A stretch of DNA of 64,000 nucleotides, taken from NCBI RefSeq assembly GCF_011386835.1, contig NC_088795.1, positions 23,622,001 through 23,686,000 of the forward strand, written 5' to 3'. The notes beneath the pieces were generated by a model that saw only the letters and a program-made list of their open reading frames with translations, had not been told where the DNA came from and made no database searches. Both the position numbers and the translations under genes were made by a program. This document shows positions 1-12,904 of the stretch, in pieces (the stretch's first letter is position 1; each line of letters starts with the position of its first letter). This DNA comes from Chrysemys picta bellii. Taxonomy: Eukaryota.

Positions 1-521
1 CTTGGGGTAAAAGCAACTTTGTTAAATAGGAAATGTAATCATTCATCAGTGTTAACCTAGGATTGTGTTATATGTTTTGTTTTATATGTATAACCATTTC
101 TGTTTCCACTTGTTATCTTTACTCACTATTTCTTAAGACTTAACCTTTGGTTATGGTGGATTCACTATACGTATATTTCAGTGCTGTAAAGTTATAAAGA
201 ACCCAATCCTGAGTTGTAGCAATCAAGCTGACTGTTTCTTTGGGCACAGCTTATCAGGTAATTTCTGAGAGTGTCCAGTGGTTAAGGACTGGATACTATA
301 GGAGGACGCTTTCAGAGGAGCTCAGGGATTGGGATCCATCTATTGTTAACCTGCAAGGCAAAATCAGGTCTGGCAGAGCTCTGAGTAGATTGTTCAATTG
401 GCTAACAGACTTGAGGGAAGAAGAAGCAGACACTCAGTTTAGTACCAGCAAGTCTCTCTCTAGCTGAGGCACAGGATAACACAGTGACTCTCCCTCCTGG
501 GCACCCTGAGAAACTGGCATA
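1..521 (+). mobile_element. 3' part of an LTR (Gypsy/ERV-like), cut by the window start
   Basis: T-rich segment followed by a GA-rich U5-like segment ending ...GGGCACCCTGAGAAACTGGCATA; layout resembles the solo LTR at 42867-43630. The 5' end is outside the window, so no TSD can be tested. Confidence 0.45.
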
Positions 522-1672
522 TCTTCAAAGAAATGTCATGTGTTCTGACTACAAAACAAACCTGTTTGTCCATAACAAAGCAACAGAACTACTCATCTGG
601 ATTCCAAGTAATTGTTCAGTTTCTGCACATTAATGAACCAGAAGTAAACCCAACTAACAAGTTCTCTGGGTTTGGTTTTAGATTCTAAATGCCCTCAGAA
701 TTTGAGCAGTGCTTGTTTATTTGTTTTTAAAGTCCAGTTTGGGAGTTCTGATTCAGCCCATTATAGAATGCCAACTGAAAAATTCAGATCTGAATTTGGA
801 TCTAGGTTTAATGCTCACATACAAAAGTTCAGGAGCTGCGGGTGTTCATGCTGAGGTTCCAGTGTGGGCTACTTTTATTATGAACCTATACCACAGCCAA
901 AGCTATAAATATGCCTGGGTCTTAAATTATTAAGGAAAAACTGACGTTGACAAATAATTGTCTATGGGATACTCAATGACTTACAATATAATGAGTTTTC
1001 CCCTTATTTTATGGTGTTTTAGAACTTTTTGATGCACAATTAAGTTTAAAAAACAGGTATAAAATTGGTTTAACACTATCTTAATGATTTGTTGTTTGCA
1101 GGGTTAAGGGGGCCAAGTGCATGCTGGAACTTAATACAAGGTCTTCAGGATATGGCAAGTAAATCTGCAGATAGCAGTACATCTGGCAGTGGTCAAAATA
1201 GGTGGCCACAGAAGTACTATAACATCCTTGGGCATGGAGCTAGATTGGATAAGGATGTATATTTTCCATGGAAAACAAATCTGCAATCTGAGTAAATTAT
1301 CAGGTCATGTTCCATGCGCCATAAAAGTAACCTTGGCTCAGAATGATGTCATGTTTGAATGGCATTTTAGCATCATTCCAGTTGGCCATGTATTTTATAG
1401 GGGCTTAGCCACTGCCATATAGCATAATAAAAAACATCATCACTTTATTAGAATAACCAATCTGATGAGGCACAATCTCCTGTTTAGAACAGCAATTCTC
1501 TACATGTGTATCTCCAGAAAAAGGTTTTGAACCTTAATTCTGTAAGCTTGCTTCTCCTGCCCAGCTTCCCAACAACTATCACTTATGGTCTCAGCCTGCT
1601 CTCACCATTGTAACTCACACTTTCAGAAGTGTTATCTGTCCTGTGTAGACTGGGGCAGTGATCACGTTGGCC

Positions 1673-1690
1673 GGGGGGGGGGGGGGGGGG
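1673..1690. repeat. poly-G homopolymer (18 G)
   Basis: Direct reading of the sequence. Confidence 0.95.
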
Positions 1691-2299
1691 TGGAGAGATT
1701 TTCAAAGACACAAATGTCAGTCCCCTGCAACCTTCAATAATTTATGGGAAACATGACTTTTATTGTGTAGTTCTCATTCTGACTTTTTCAATGTAGTGTC
1801 TTCTCTTGAAAATTTTGCATATTAAAGTTAGACGCTAGTTAACTAACAATTAGTTGGTGTCAAGATTCTACCTCACAAAGTTAAACCACTATATTTAGTC
1901 TTCAGTACAAGCGTGCATACATTTCAGGAAATTTATTGCCGGGGTTTTGTCTTACAAACCTCTCAACTCCTTCCCCCAAGATACAGTATGATCATTTTTC
2001 AATGCCCACAGTGCTGCAGCCTAAACAACTTTGATGGATAGGATTCAGAGTACTTTATGTTAAAAAAAAAAAAAGGCATTTCTTTAGGTTTGATTTTAAC
2101 ATGCTTCTGTTTTAACTTTCAATAAGCTTCCTCATTTCCTTAGATTTATGATTAATATAATTTATAACAATGTTATATGGGCCATTTAAAATTGTATTTG
2201 CTTTAACTAGATCACCTATTAGTCTTTTTTTTTAACTGAAAAAAAATAAGATGTTTGAGTTTTTCTAATGCTTTAAATTCTTAGGATGTTAATGTCCTT

Positions 2300-2560
2300 C
2301 AATATATCTAATTATATCAGTCTTATGACTAGATGAATTCTCAATACAATATTCCAATGCCAAAGAATTATCTAATGTAGCCTTAGCATTCTTAGTGTTA
2401 TTGTTGACTGCTCTGGTGCATGAATTTTTTGTGTTATATTCCATTGCCAAACCATTTAGAGTAGAGTTCATTATTATTACATGTCTTTTTCAAAATGCAC
2501 TGGCTCTAGTTCAGTGCCATTTACATTTTATATTTGTATTGTATACACTTTAGATGTATC
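2300..2560 (-). mobile_element. very old CR1/L3 RT relic
   Basis: Minus strand gives YKM-NGTELEPVHFEKD..IIMNSTL..SCTRAV..KNAKATL, weakly matching the CR1 RT C-terminal pattern (YKM..L...EKDLGV..QC..AVKKANA.LG). Heavily decayed. Confidence 0.3.
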
Positions 2561-3171
2561 TATTAAAAATTTAATCTGCTGTATAAGGAGATATTCTACA
2601 AAACATACATATTTCTATTTAATATTTCTCATATTGTTATTTCTATATTCAGTACAATTTCTCCAAAAAATTGTCAGTTTGTATGTTCTCTATGGATTAA
2701 AACTCTCAGTTTTAGTTCTTCAGAAGGCTCAAAATAAGCCAGTGCTTTTATACCTAGGTACCTAATTGTATCAGTTTGCCTATGGAAATTCTACTGAAAG
2801 AACAACCACATGACAACCAGATTTCCAATAGTTCTGATGTTTCTCAATTTATTTTGTAACCCGATATCAATCTGAATGTTCGAATTAGCAAAAAAAAAAA
2901 GGACTGGAATTGTGGTTTCTGGCTTAGATATACACACAGAAGGGCATAATCTGCATGTAACATCAAGTTATGCCCCCTGGAACAGACTTGTATGCCTTGG
3001 ATATCCAGATATAGCAGCTGCCAGGGGCTCAAGAGCCAAATCAAAAAAGTAACAGAGACAATAGGCATCCGCTTGGTACAACAACAAAAATTAGTCAAAG
3101 TGTATTGGACACCACAGAGGTTGCACAAGAGAAAGGCTGTATCCTCTGATGTTTATTGGCACTGTAACAAA

Positions 3172-3315
3172 GGGCTTGACTACACTTAAAATGCTGCAGT
3201 GGCACAGCTGTGCTGCTGTAGCACTTGAGTGAAGACTCCACCTTTGCCAATGGAAGGGGTGCTACCATAAGTGCAGGTAATCCACCTGCTTGAGAGGTGG
3301 CAGGTAGGTCGACAG
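3172..3315 (+). mobile_element. PIF/Harbinger-type MITE, 5' half only
   Basis: Starts GGGCTTGACTACACTT, the (G)GCT..GTCTACACT TIR motif seen in many copies here; ends abruptly at the CR1 5' junction. Confidence 0.7.
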
Positions 3316-5067
3316 GAGCCGTCCTTTGTAGGTAATAAATCTGAGGAATTGTCACAGATTGAAGTGTCATTAGAGGAGGTTTTAGAATTAATTGATAAAC
3401 TTAAAATTAACAAGTCACCGGGATCAGATGGCATTCACCCAAGAGTTCTAAAAGAACTCAAATGTGAAATTGAGGAACTATTAACTATGGTTTGTAAACC
3501 TGTCCTTTAAATCAGATTCTGTACCCAATGACTAGAAGATAGCTAATGTAACGCCAATATTTTAAAAGGGCTCTAGAGGTGATCCCTGCAATTACAGACC
3601 AGAAAGTCTAACATCAGTACCGGGCAAATTAGTTGAAACAATAGTAAAGAATAAAATTGTCAGACACATAGAAGAACATAAATTGTTGGGCAAAAGTCAA
3701 CATGGTTTCTGTAAAAGGAAATCATGTCTTACTAATCTATTAGAGTTCTTTGAAGGGGTCAACAAACATGTGGGCAAGGGGGATCCAGTGGACATAGTGT
3801 ACTTAGATTTCCAGAAAGCCTTTGACAAGGTCCCTCACCAAAGGCTCTTACGTAAATTAAGTTGTCATGGGATAAGAGGGAAGATCCTTTCATGGATTGA
3901 GAACTGGTTATAAGACAGGGAATAAAGGGTAGGAATAAATGGTAAATTTTCAGAATGGAGAGGGGTAACTAGTGGTGTTCCCCAAGGGTCAGTCCTAGGA
4001 CCAATCGTATTCAGCTTATTCATAAATGATCTGGAGAAAGGGGTAAACAGTGAGGTGGCAAAGTTTGCAGACAATACCAAACTGCTCAAGATAGTTAAGA
4101 CCAAAGCAGACTGTGAAGAACTTCAAAAAGATCTCACAAAACTAAGTGATTGGGCAACAAAATGGAAATTATATATAATGTGGATAAATGTAAAGTAATG
4201 CACATAGGAAAAAATAACCCCAACTATACATACAATATGATGGGGGCTAATTTAGTTACAACTAATCAGGAAAGAGATCTTGGAGTCATCGTGGATAGTT
4301 CTCTGAAGACGTCCACGCAGTGTGCAGCGGCAGTCAAAAAAGCAAACAGGATGTTAGGAATCATTAAAAGGGGATAGAGAATAAGATGGAGAATATCTTA
4401 TTGCCCTTATATAAATCCATGGTACGCCCACATCTTGAATGCTGCATGCAGATATGGTCTCCTCATCTCAAAAAAGATATACTGGCATTAGAAAAGGTTC
4501 AGAGAAGGGCAACTAAAATGATTAGAGGTTTGGAACGGGTCCCATATGAGGAGAGATTAAAGAGGCTAGGACTTTTCAGTTTGGAAAAGAGGAGACTAAG
4601 CGGGGATATGATAGAGGTATGTAAAATCATGAGTTGTGTAGAGAAAGTGAATAAGGAAAAGTTATTTACTTGTTCCCATAATATAAAAACTAGGGGCCAC
4701 CAAATTAAATTAATGGGCAGCAGGTTTAAAACAAATAAAAGGAAGTTCTTCTTCACACAGCGCACAGTCAACCTGTGGAACTCCTTGCCTGAGGAGGTTG
4801 TGAAGGCTAGGACTATAACAGGGTTTAAAAAGAGAACTAGATAAATTCATGGAGGTTAAGCCATTAGCCAGGATGGGTAAGGAATGGTGTCCCTAGCCTC
4901 TGTTTGTCAGAGGGTGGAGATGGATGGCAGGAGAGAGATCACTTGATCATTGCCTGTTAGGTTCACTCCCTCTGGGGCACCTGGCATTGGCCACTGTTGG
5001 CAGACAGGATACTGGTCTGGATGGACCTTTGGTCTGATCCAGTATGGCCATTCTTATGTTCTTATGT
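3316..5067 (+). mobile_element. CR1 LINE, 5'-truncated ORF2/RT fragment with 3' UTR
   Basis: ORF fragments KSPGSDGIHPRVLKEL, YLDFQKAFDKVPH, KFADNT (FADD motif mutated), RNKRKFFFTQR-like C-terminus; stops and frameshifts; 3' tail ATTCTTATGTTCTTATGT. Confidence 0.97.
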
Positions 5068-5668
5068 ATAAACAACTCCAAAAGAAATAGCATAGTTGTG
5101 TGATACACAAACCATTAGATCATGGCTCTCTTAGAGCAGGTATCTCAGGAAAGTTGTACCTAGAAAAGAAAATAGGCTCTGCAGAATTTCTCTCACTCCT
5201 GCTAATCCTTCGCATTTGCTGCAGCCTCTTGCTTATGGTAAAGATCCAATGGAAACTATTAATACAGTTTGTGAGATTTTAAATATCTTTGGCAATTCAG
5301 TGGGTTTCCAGGACAAAATGTGCATTTTGATCCTCAAAATGCAGATCATTGTATAAAACGTTGTGTGCCCCACAGGTAAGAATGGCTGCTTTTACAGTAT
5401 TGTACATATGACTTATCCTAAAACTAGTCCAGAGAGAGACATTGAAAATTTAGCTGAGGGGCTAAATTTTACCACGGTTAATTTGGATTCAAGTGTAGTG
5501 AAAGCAAGAACAGTGAGTTATTTCCAATGCTTTAGACAAAGAAGTCAGGAATTGCTTTTTTTCCCAAATAAACCTAGTGCAGAGAGTCAGTTTGCAGGAT
5601 AGCTAAGTCTTATTTAATGCAGAGAACTATGAAAAATAAATGATTAGGCAGAGATCATACAGTATAAT

Positions 5669-5755
5669 GGGCCAGGTCCTCGGCAGATGTAAATTAGCAC
5701 AGATCCACTGAAGTTAAAAGCGCTATGCCGATTTACACTGTCTGAGGATATGGCC
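5669..5755. mobile_element. short palindromic (hairpin) MITE
   Basis: GGGCCAGGTCCTC...GAGGATATGGCC ends; arms are imperfect reverse complements around a CCACTGAAGTTAA-type centre. Confidence 0.7.
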
Positions 5756-7707
5756 TAATACGTTTCTACAAATAAGCTCTCGTATGGATATCGCGGCAAG
5801 TGTTGACTTGGTCTGTACTCTAAACCAGACAGAATGCAACTAATCAATAGCGGTACGGAGTGCAGCTGTTACTGTGCTGCTCCAGTGACTAATGGACAAA
5901 ATATCTGACTCAAAATCTATTATTTCCTAGATAGAAATAAAGCCATTAGAATAAAAACTTGATCATGAAATCACAGTATCACATTTGGAAAATAAACAGC
6001 TCAGCTTTGCCCAGAGCAGCAGTAAAACATTTTTCCGTTCCATTCACATCTCTTAGCTTAAATACGTGTCCGGCATTGTAGTGTCACTCGGTTCTTGGCC
6101 ACAAGTGTAGCAAAAACATGTCTTTCAGGAAGCAATTTTCCATGCTTGGTCTCAGCCTGGGAACATTATTTTTTTTCCTAAATGAGACTAATATTGGTTT
6201 AGCCCTTTCTCTTGTTCCTGCCCTTCCTTTATTGACTGGCTTGGTAGCGATCTTGCTTTCTGATTCCCCTCCTATGGTATTGGGAGCTATATTCACTTGC
6301 TCTGATCATCTTTCTGCTCCAGATACTGCCCGTATTCAACAGAGAGAGATCTGAACAGAGGAAGCACTTCAAGATCACCAGTGAGACCAGATCCCAACAC
6401 CATAGGGAGGGGCAGAGACCTGGGGCCAGATATACACATATGTTTAGGCGCCTAAAGATGCAGTTAGGTTCCCAAGTACACCGTTTAGGTGCTTTTGACA
6501 GTTTTTAAGGGTAATTAGGTGCCACATAAGCATAGAAAGGCAGGTGCTTAAAGAGCACCTGGTTCAGGTATGAGAATGCAGCTAGGCACCATAGTATCTA
6601 GAGATTTGTGTAACTGCTGAGCTGGGTGACACTGAGCACCATTGTAAATCTGGTCTCGGGGCTGTAGGGGTACAGTGCTCAGCCTTAGGACCAAGTAACA
6701 GATCCTGGGCTTGGGCAATATCCATATGGATTAACTTGTGATAAAATTGCTGATGCACTATTTTTGACATGCACTGGCTTATTTTGCAATTAATTTTTTG
6801 GTTTGATTCTCAATAAGAACAGACAGTGAATTATTCAGTTATATACTTTTACAATTTGTCAAAGCTGCTAGATGAGACAATACAAAACTAGACAATATTC
6901 CATACACGTAACATGTTAGGGTGGGGGCAACTAATAGAATAGAAGACGTACATGAATTGGCAGCTGAGGGAGGGGACTGGAGCGGGAGAGAAAGAGAGGA
7001 GTGGTTAGGTGGAATGGAGGTATAGCATTCTTTGAGCCATCTCAATATTTTGCTTTTCTCCAAATGTATCTGGAAACAGGGTCCAGACTTCTGTGTGTTC
7101 ATATGATTGCTCTCTACAGCAACAAGCTATTCTTTCTTTGGCTCCTAACTCAAACAGCTTCAAATACCACTGCTCTGTTCTGGGCATAAGCCTACTCTTT
7201 CATTTTTATAAAATCATGCACTTGGTGATCACTGCAACCTTCAAGAACCAAACTTTTTATGGTGGAGTTAAACCCAGTTTAACTGTAAATAACTTAAAAT
7301 ATAATTTTCAGCTGAGGTTTATCTGCTGAAGCTGAGTACTATTTTAACTCATGTCCACCTGAATCCACATCTGTCTGAATGATAGACAGCCCCACAGCAT
7401 ATGCATTAGGGTTCCTTTTGCTTTGGTCTGGTCTACGCTAGGGAATTAGGTAGGTAAGAAGGCACAATATTTTTAAAAGCAGTGGAATCATCACATCATG
7501 CTCGAAATAAGAAGGACAGAAGGTTCATGAATGACTCTGTATGTCATGATGTGGTACAATTTGTCCAGGAATGCATAGAGGAGAGTTGCACAGGGTCAGA
7601 TAAGGGCCCTGGACAATGGCTTTGTAACTGCACAGGTAAAAAAAAAAATCATACACCTACAAGGAATAAAGTTCACCCTACCTGCAGATCACATATTTGC
7701 TGATTCG

Positions 7708-7806
7708 GTAATCCAGATTCCAGCCTAAATTCTCTGCTGGTGCAACTCCATGGAAGTTAATGGACTCTGAGGTCAGCAGAGTTGTGCCAGGAGAGAATTT
7801 GACCCT
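7708..7806. mobile_element. short palindromic MITE
   Basis: GCCTAAATTCTCT...AGAGAATTTGACCC inverted ends with a CCATGGAAGTTAATGG centre. Confidence 0.6.
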
Positions 7807-7980
7807 ATGTGCCTGAGGCTTACCTCCACAGGAACGTCTAAGAAGTTAATTGACCTCTGAAACATTGTCATCAACGAGTGAAGTGAGTACACTAATGAAA
7901 TAAGTCATCTTTGACCCCAGAGTTGTTTGAATAGCAGCTGTGGGGGAAAGGAACAATATTGAACTGCATCATTTGTCAGA

Positions 7981-8256
7981 TGTCTGATCTACACTGCAAA
8001 GTTTTGCCAGCATAGCTACATCAACTGGGAAGAGGGGTCTGATGGAGGGAAATCACACAAAACCATGCTGGACAAAAGCCGTTTTGCGGTAATAGTGGCA
8101 AAAGACTATTTCTGCTGGTATATCTTGTCATTAAGGGATGTGTCAGAAAAATAACTCCTTTTGCCTGTATAACCTGTGTGTCCACTAGGGAGCACTGCCA
8201 CAATAGCTACAGCAGTAGAGCTATGCTAGCAAAATATGTGCAGTGTAATCAAACCC
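7981..8256. mobile_element. PIF/Harbinger-type MITE, decayed
   Basis: GATCTACACTGCA...TGCAGTGTAATCAAACCC termini. Confidence 0.65.
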
Positions 8257-9159
8257 AGAGGCACTGCCTGGTGGTCTGAATCCAAGCTTCAGAGTTTGGG
8301 GCAATTAAATTCTTATCACAACCATGGAGGACAGTGGGAATCTACCCATGAAGACAGTGTGAAATGCCGTTTCACTGCCATTAGGAAGGGGAAAACCAAA
8401 CAAAATTACCACATCACTACCGACAATCATAAGAAAAAAGAATAATCTGACTGGCCACCGCAAAGTGGATGAAACCACACTCTTTATCATTACATCTTTA
8501 ACAAATATCCCATCCATCACAATCTTTCCACTGCTAAGAGGACAGCTATACAGTCCCTGAAATCTAACCACCAGATAGGGATCAAAGTAGCAGACAAAGT
8601 CCTCAACCCTCATGACTACATTAACGAGGCCGACCAACAACTCTCCGACACCAACTACTATAAAGAACTCACAGAAAACCCCCACCACAATTTACCCAGG
8701 AATTTAAGGACATCATCAAATCCTTCCCAAACCACTCCAAGAGAAAATCTGCAAACTTATCCCACATGAACCCACCCAGGGACCTTCTAACATGCTTCCT
8801 AATATACACAAACAAGGGAACTGAAGGAGTATTGGAACTCATACAAACCATCCTTAAAACACTCACTGCACAAAGGGCCAGCTTTCTGCAGGACACAATT
8901 GACTTCTTTCAGAAATTCTGCTATATTAACAAACTCCCTCCAAACACCATCCGTGTCCCCATGGATGTCACCTCCCTATACACCAACATCCCTCACAGTG
9001 ATGGCATAGCTGCCTGCCTCACATATTTACAAGACAATGGAGAAACCTCAGATATCCACCCAGAACACATTGCCAAACTCATCCATTTCATCCTCACCTA
9101 CAGCAGTTTTACATTCAACAACAAACTCTTTGTCCAAATCATGGCAACAGCCATGGGTA

Positions 9160-9500
9160 CACAGGTGCCGACTTTGTGGGTGCTCCAGGGCTGGAGCATC
9201 CATGGAAAAAAATTAGTGGGTGGTTAGCACCCACCGGCAGCCAGCTCCCGCCTCAATCCCAGCGGCTCTCATCCACCGGCAGCCCTGCCGATCAACTCCT
9301 CCCCTGCCGTGAACAGCTGTTTCATGGCATTTAGGGAAGGGGATGAAACTGCGTGGTAAGAGGCACGGCAGGGGTGGAGTGGGCTCATGAAGTGGCAGGA
9401 CCGGGACTTGGAAGAAGGGGTGGGGCCTGGAGCAGAGCTGGGGTGGGGGTGGAGCGTGAGTTTGAGCACCTCTCCCCCCCCCACCCGGCCTGGAGGAAGC
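9160..9500. mobile_element. hAT MITE nested in Penelope RT; right TIR missing
   Basis: Left end CACAGGTGCCGAC; CATGGGTA at 9152-9159 is repeated at 9501-9508 (8-bp TSD, inside a 12-bp direct repeat AGCCATGGGTAC); GC-rich interior. Confidence 0.85.
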
Positions 9501-10646
9501 CATGGGTACCAGGATGGGTCTCCAATATAACAACTTCTTTATGGGCCAACCTGAAGAAGAATTTCTGGACAAATGGACCATGAAACCAATGATACACCTG
9601 AGATACACTGATGCTATTTTCATCCTCTGGACAGACAGTTTAAACTTCCTCACAGATTTCCACCACAACTTCAACAACCATCACCCATCCATTATACTCT
9701 CTCTGGAACACTCCCACACTAGCATCAATCAGCTTCAACAATGGAACCCTACAGACAACTACATACAAGAAACCTATGAATCACCGTATCTACTACCATA
9801 GATCCACTAACCACACAATCTGTTATCTACAGTCAGGCACTCAGATACCACAGAATATGCTCCAAAGAGAAAGTCTGGGATATACACTTTAACACACTCA
9901 AAACTGCCTTCACCCAACAAGGACACACCATCAGAAAAGTAAATCACATCCTGGAACGGGCCACCCAAATTCTCCAAGAGAACCTGGTTCAATACAAAAA
10001 TAAAGCCCCCTCCAACCACACACCCCTAGTTGTCACCTACCACCCCACACTGGTACCCATATGGGGTATCAAACAACACAGCCCATACCCAATCAGGACC
10101 ATATCCTGAAATAAATATTTCCTGAATCCCCTCTTCTGGTCTTCAAACAACCTCCCAACCTCTCCAAACTCCTCATCAGAAGCATGGTCACACAGACCAG
10201 GACACACCAACTCAAAGTGACACCCGACCTTGCCAGAACAACAGATGCAAAACCTGCAGACATATCTCCTCTGCTACGATGATCAATACACCTTTCAAAA
10301 TCCCCAGGTCCTACACATGCATATCAAAACATGTGGTGTACCTCATCCAGTGTATTAAGTGTCCCAATAATAATTACTTTCAAAAGATGAGCCTGAGAGC
10401 TTAAATTCATAACTTTGCTAGACACTGAAAATCATGGACTGAACAGAGACACTGGATTTATGGATTGTTACAACAATCTATAACAAACCCCCATCTACTC
10501 CCCTCCCACCTCTTTGCTCTCTATGACTGGAGGGTTGTTAACAGGTCACTTCACCTTGAATGGTCCCTTGAAATATGTGTTAACTACTTATGCTAAACAA
10601 TCTGTTCCATCTTGTATTTAGCTGTGACACTCTGAGTAAGTTTCCC

Positions 10647-10687
10647 AGACCTGAAGAAGAGTTCTGTGTAAGCTCAAAAGCTGGTCT
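10647..10687 (+). ncRNA. degenerate minimal type I hammerhead ribozyme in Penelope pLTR
   Basis: AGAC|CTGAAGA|A|GAGT-TCTGTGTAA-GCTC|AAAAGCT|G|GTCT: helix I AGAC/GTCT, CUGANGA core, helix II, palindromic AGCT helix III; G12 reads A and the cleavage base reads G, so probably inactive. Confidence 0.65.
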
Positions 10688-10871
10688 CTCTCACCAAATG
10701 AAGCTTGTCCAATAAAAGATATTACCTTACCCACCTTGTCTTCTCAATGGATCCATCTGTTTATCAGATACTATTTAGACACTTTAGTTCGGTTCATTAG
10801 ATCAAATCATTTTTGTGTGATCCAAATTATTCCTTGAAAGGCAATATCTACTTGCCTTCTTGGTTTAAAAA

Positions 10872-11059
10872 CACCTCTACCCCGATATAATGCGACCCGA
10901 TATAACATGAATTCGGATACATCGCAGTAAAGCAGTGCTCCGGGGGGGCGGGGCTGCGCACTCCGGTGAATGAAAGCAAGTTCGATATAATGCGGTTTCA
11001 CCTATAACGTGGTAAGATTTTTTGGCTCCCGAGGACAGCGTTATATCGGGGTAGAGCTG
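10872..11059. mobile_element. Tc1/mariner (Tigger-like) MITE
   Basis: TIRs CACCTCTACCCCGATATAA / TTATATCGGGGTAGAGCTG; TA on the right, left dinucleotide reads AA. Confidence 0.9.
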
Positions 11060-11630
11060 TACTGACAACACCAAAGAAACCATTTTGATGTGGGCACTGT
11101 AAAATTTCTATACTGAAAAATGTTTCTGTCATCTCCAGAGTGGTTCTATACTGCATTCCATATATTATATTGCACATAATGAGAAAATGGGCATTCACAC
11201 CACAAAAATGATTGATTAGATGCACCGTCTTATCAAAAATAATAATAATCAAAGACTAATCTTCAGTAACATATTTTTAAATTAAACCAACTTATTTTCG
11301 GTACTGTCTTGTAACTAAAGAGAGAAAATGGTTTTACTACTCCGAATATATTAATATGTATTCAATTCTTCCACATTACACTGCAGTAAAGCTTAACAGT
11401 TCTTTTTAAATGACATGCCCACCACCACAGTATCACAAAAAGTGACGTTTAAAAACAAGAAAACTACCAGAAAAGGTTTTCCAAGAAATAATTGCTTAGA
11501 AGACTTAGCTCTCTTGAGCCTAATTCTGTACAAGGTAACTGACTTTTATTATTACAGAAAATATTGTTCCTCCTATACAAAATTATGTGTAAGAAGTCAA
11601 AAACCCTAGTGGAGTACCGATTCAAGTAAC

Positions 11631-12904
11631 CATAGAATCATAGAATATCAGGGTTGGAAGGGACCTCAGGAGGTCATCTAGTCCAACCCCCTGCTCAAAG
11701 CAGGACCAATTCCCAACTAAATCATCCCAGCCAGGGCTTTGTCAAGCCTGACCTTAAAAACCTCTAAGGAAGGAGATTCCACCACCTCCCTAGGTAACCC
11801 ATTCCAGTGCTTCACTACCCTCTTAGTGAAATTTTTTTCCCTAATATCCAACCTAAACCATCCCCACTGCAACCTGAGATCATTACTCCTTGTTCTGTCA
11901 TCTGGTACCACTGAGAACAGTCTAGATCCATCCTCTTTGGAACCTCCTTTCAGGTAGTTGAAAGCAGCTATCAAATCCCCCCTCATTCTTCTCTTCTGCA
12001 GACTAAACAATCCCAGTTCCCTCAGACTCTCCTCCTAAGTCATGTGCTCCAGCCCCCTAATCATTTTTGTTGCCCTCCGCTGGACTCTTTCCAATTTTTC
12101 CACATCCTTCTTGTAGTGTGGGGCCCAAAACTGGACACCTACTCCAGATGAGGCTCACCAATGTCAAACAGAGGGGAATGATCACGTCCCTCGATCTGCT
12201 GGCAATGCCCCTATTTATACAGCCCAAAATGCCGTTAGCCTTCTTGGCAACAAGGGCACACTGTTGACTCATATCCAGCTTCTCATCCACTGTAACCCCT
12301 AGGTCCTTTTCTGCAGAACTGCCTCCTAGCCATATGGTCCCTAGTCTGTAGCAGTGCATGGGATTCTTCCATCCTAAGTGCAGGACTCTGCACTTGTCCT
12401 TGTTGAACCTCATCAGATTTCTTTTGGCCCAATCCTCTAATTTGTCTAGGTCCTTCTGTATCCTATCCCTACCCTCCAGCATATCTACCATTCCTCCCGG
12501 TTTAGTGTCATCTGCAAACTTGCTGAGGGTGCAGTCCACGCTATCCTCCAGATGATTAATGAAGATATTGAACAAAACCGGCCCCAGGACCGACCCTGGG
12601 GGCACTCCGCTTGATACCGGCTGCCAGCTAGACATGGAGCCATTGATCACTACCCGTTGAGCCCGATGATCTAGCCAGCTTTTTATCACCTTATAGTCCA
12701 TTCATCCAGCCCATACTTTTTTAACTTGCTGGCAAGAATACTGTGGGAGACTGTAACAAAAGCTTTGCTCAAGTCAAGGAATAACAAGTCCACTGCTTTA
12801 CCCTCATCCACGGAGCCAGTTTTCTCGTCATAGAAGGCAATTCATGACTTGCCCTTGTTGAATCAATGCTGACTGTTCCTGATCACTTTCCTCTCCTCTA
12901 AGTC
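11631..12904 (-). mobile_element. CR1 LINE 3' fragment, (ATTCTATG)n-tail subfamily
   Basis: Minus ORFs with LSKFADDTK and [26 protein letters not shown]; plus strand starts CATAGAATCATAGAAT (reverse complement of the octamer tail). Confidence 0.97.

Larger units (their letters stand above)
8395..10745 (+). mobile_element. Penelope-like retroelement (RT + GIY-YIG endonuclease + pseudo-LTR), 5'-truncated and decayed
   Basis: Translated fragments RASFLQDTIDF, MDVTSLYTNIPH, IMATAMGT|RMG (split by a hAT), HLRYTDAIF, partial GIY-YIG region (YTC.SKHVVYLIQC.KC); 3' pLTR with CTGAAGAAGAG..GCTC.AAAGC and AATAAA. Confidence 0.95.
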
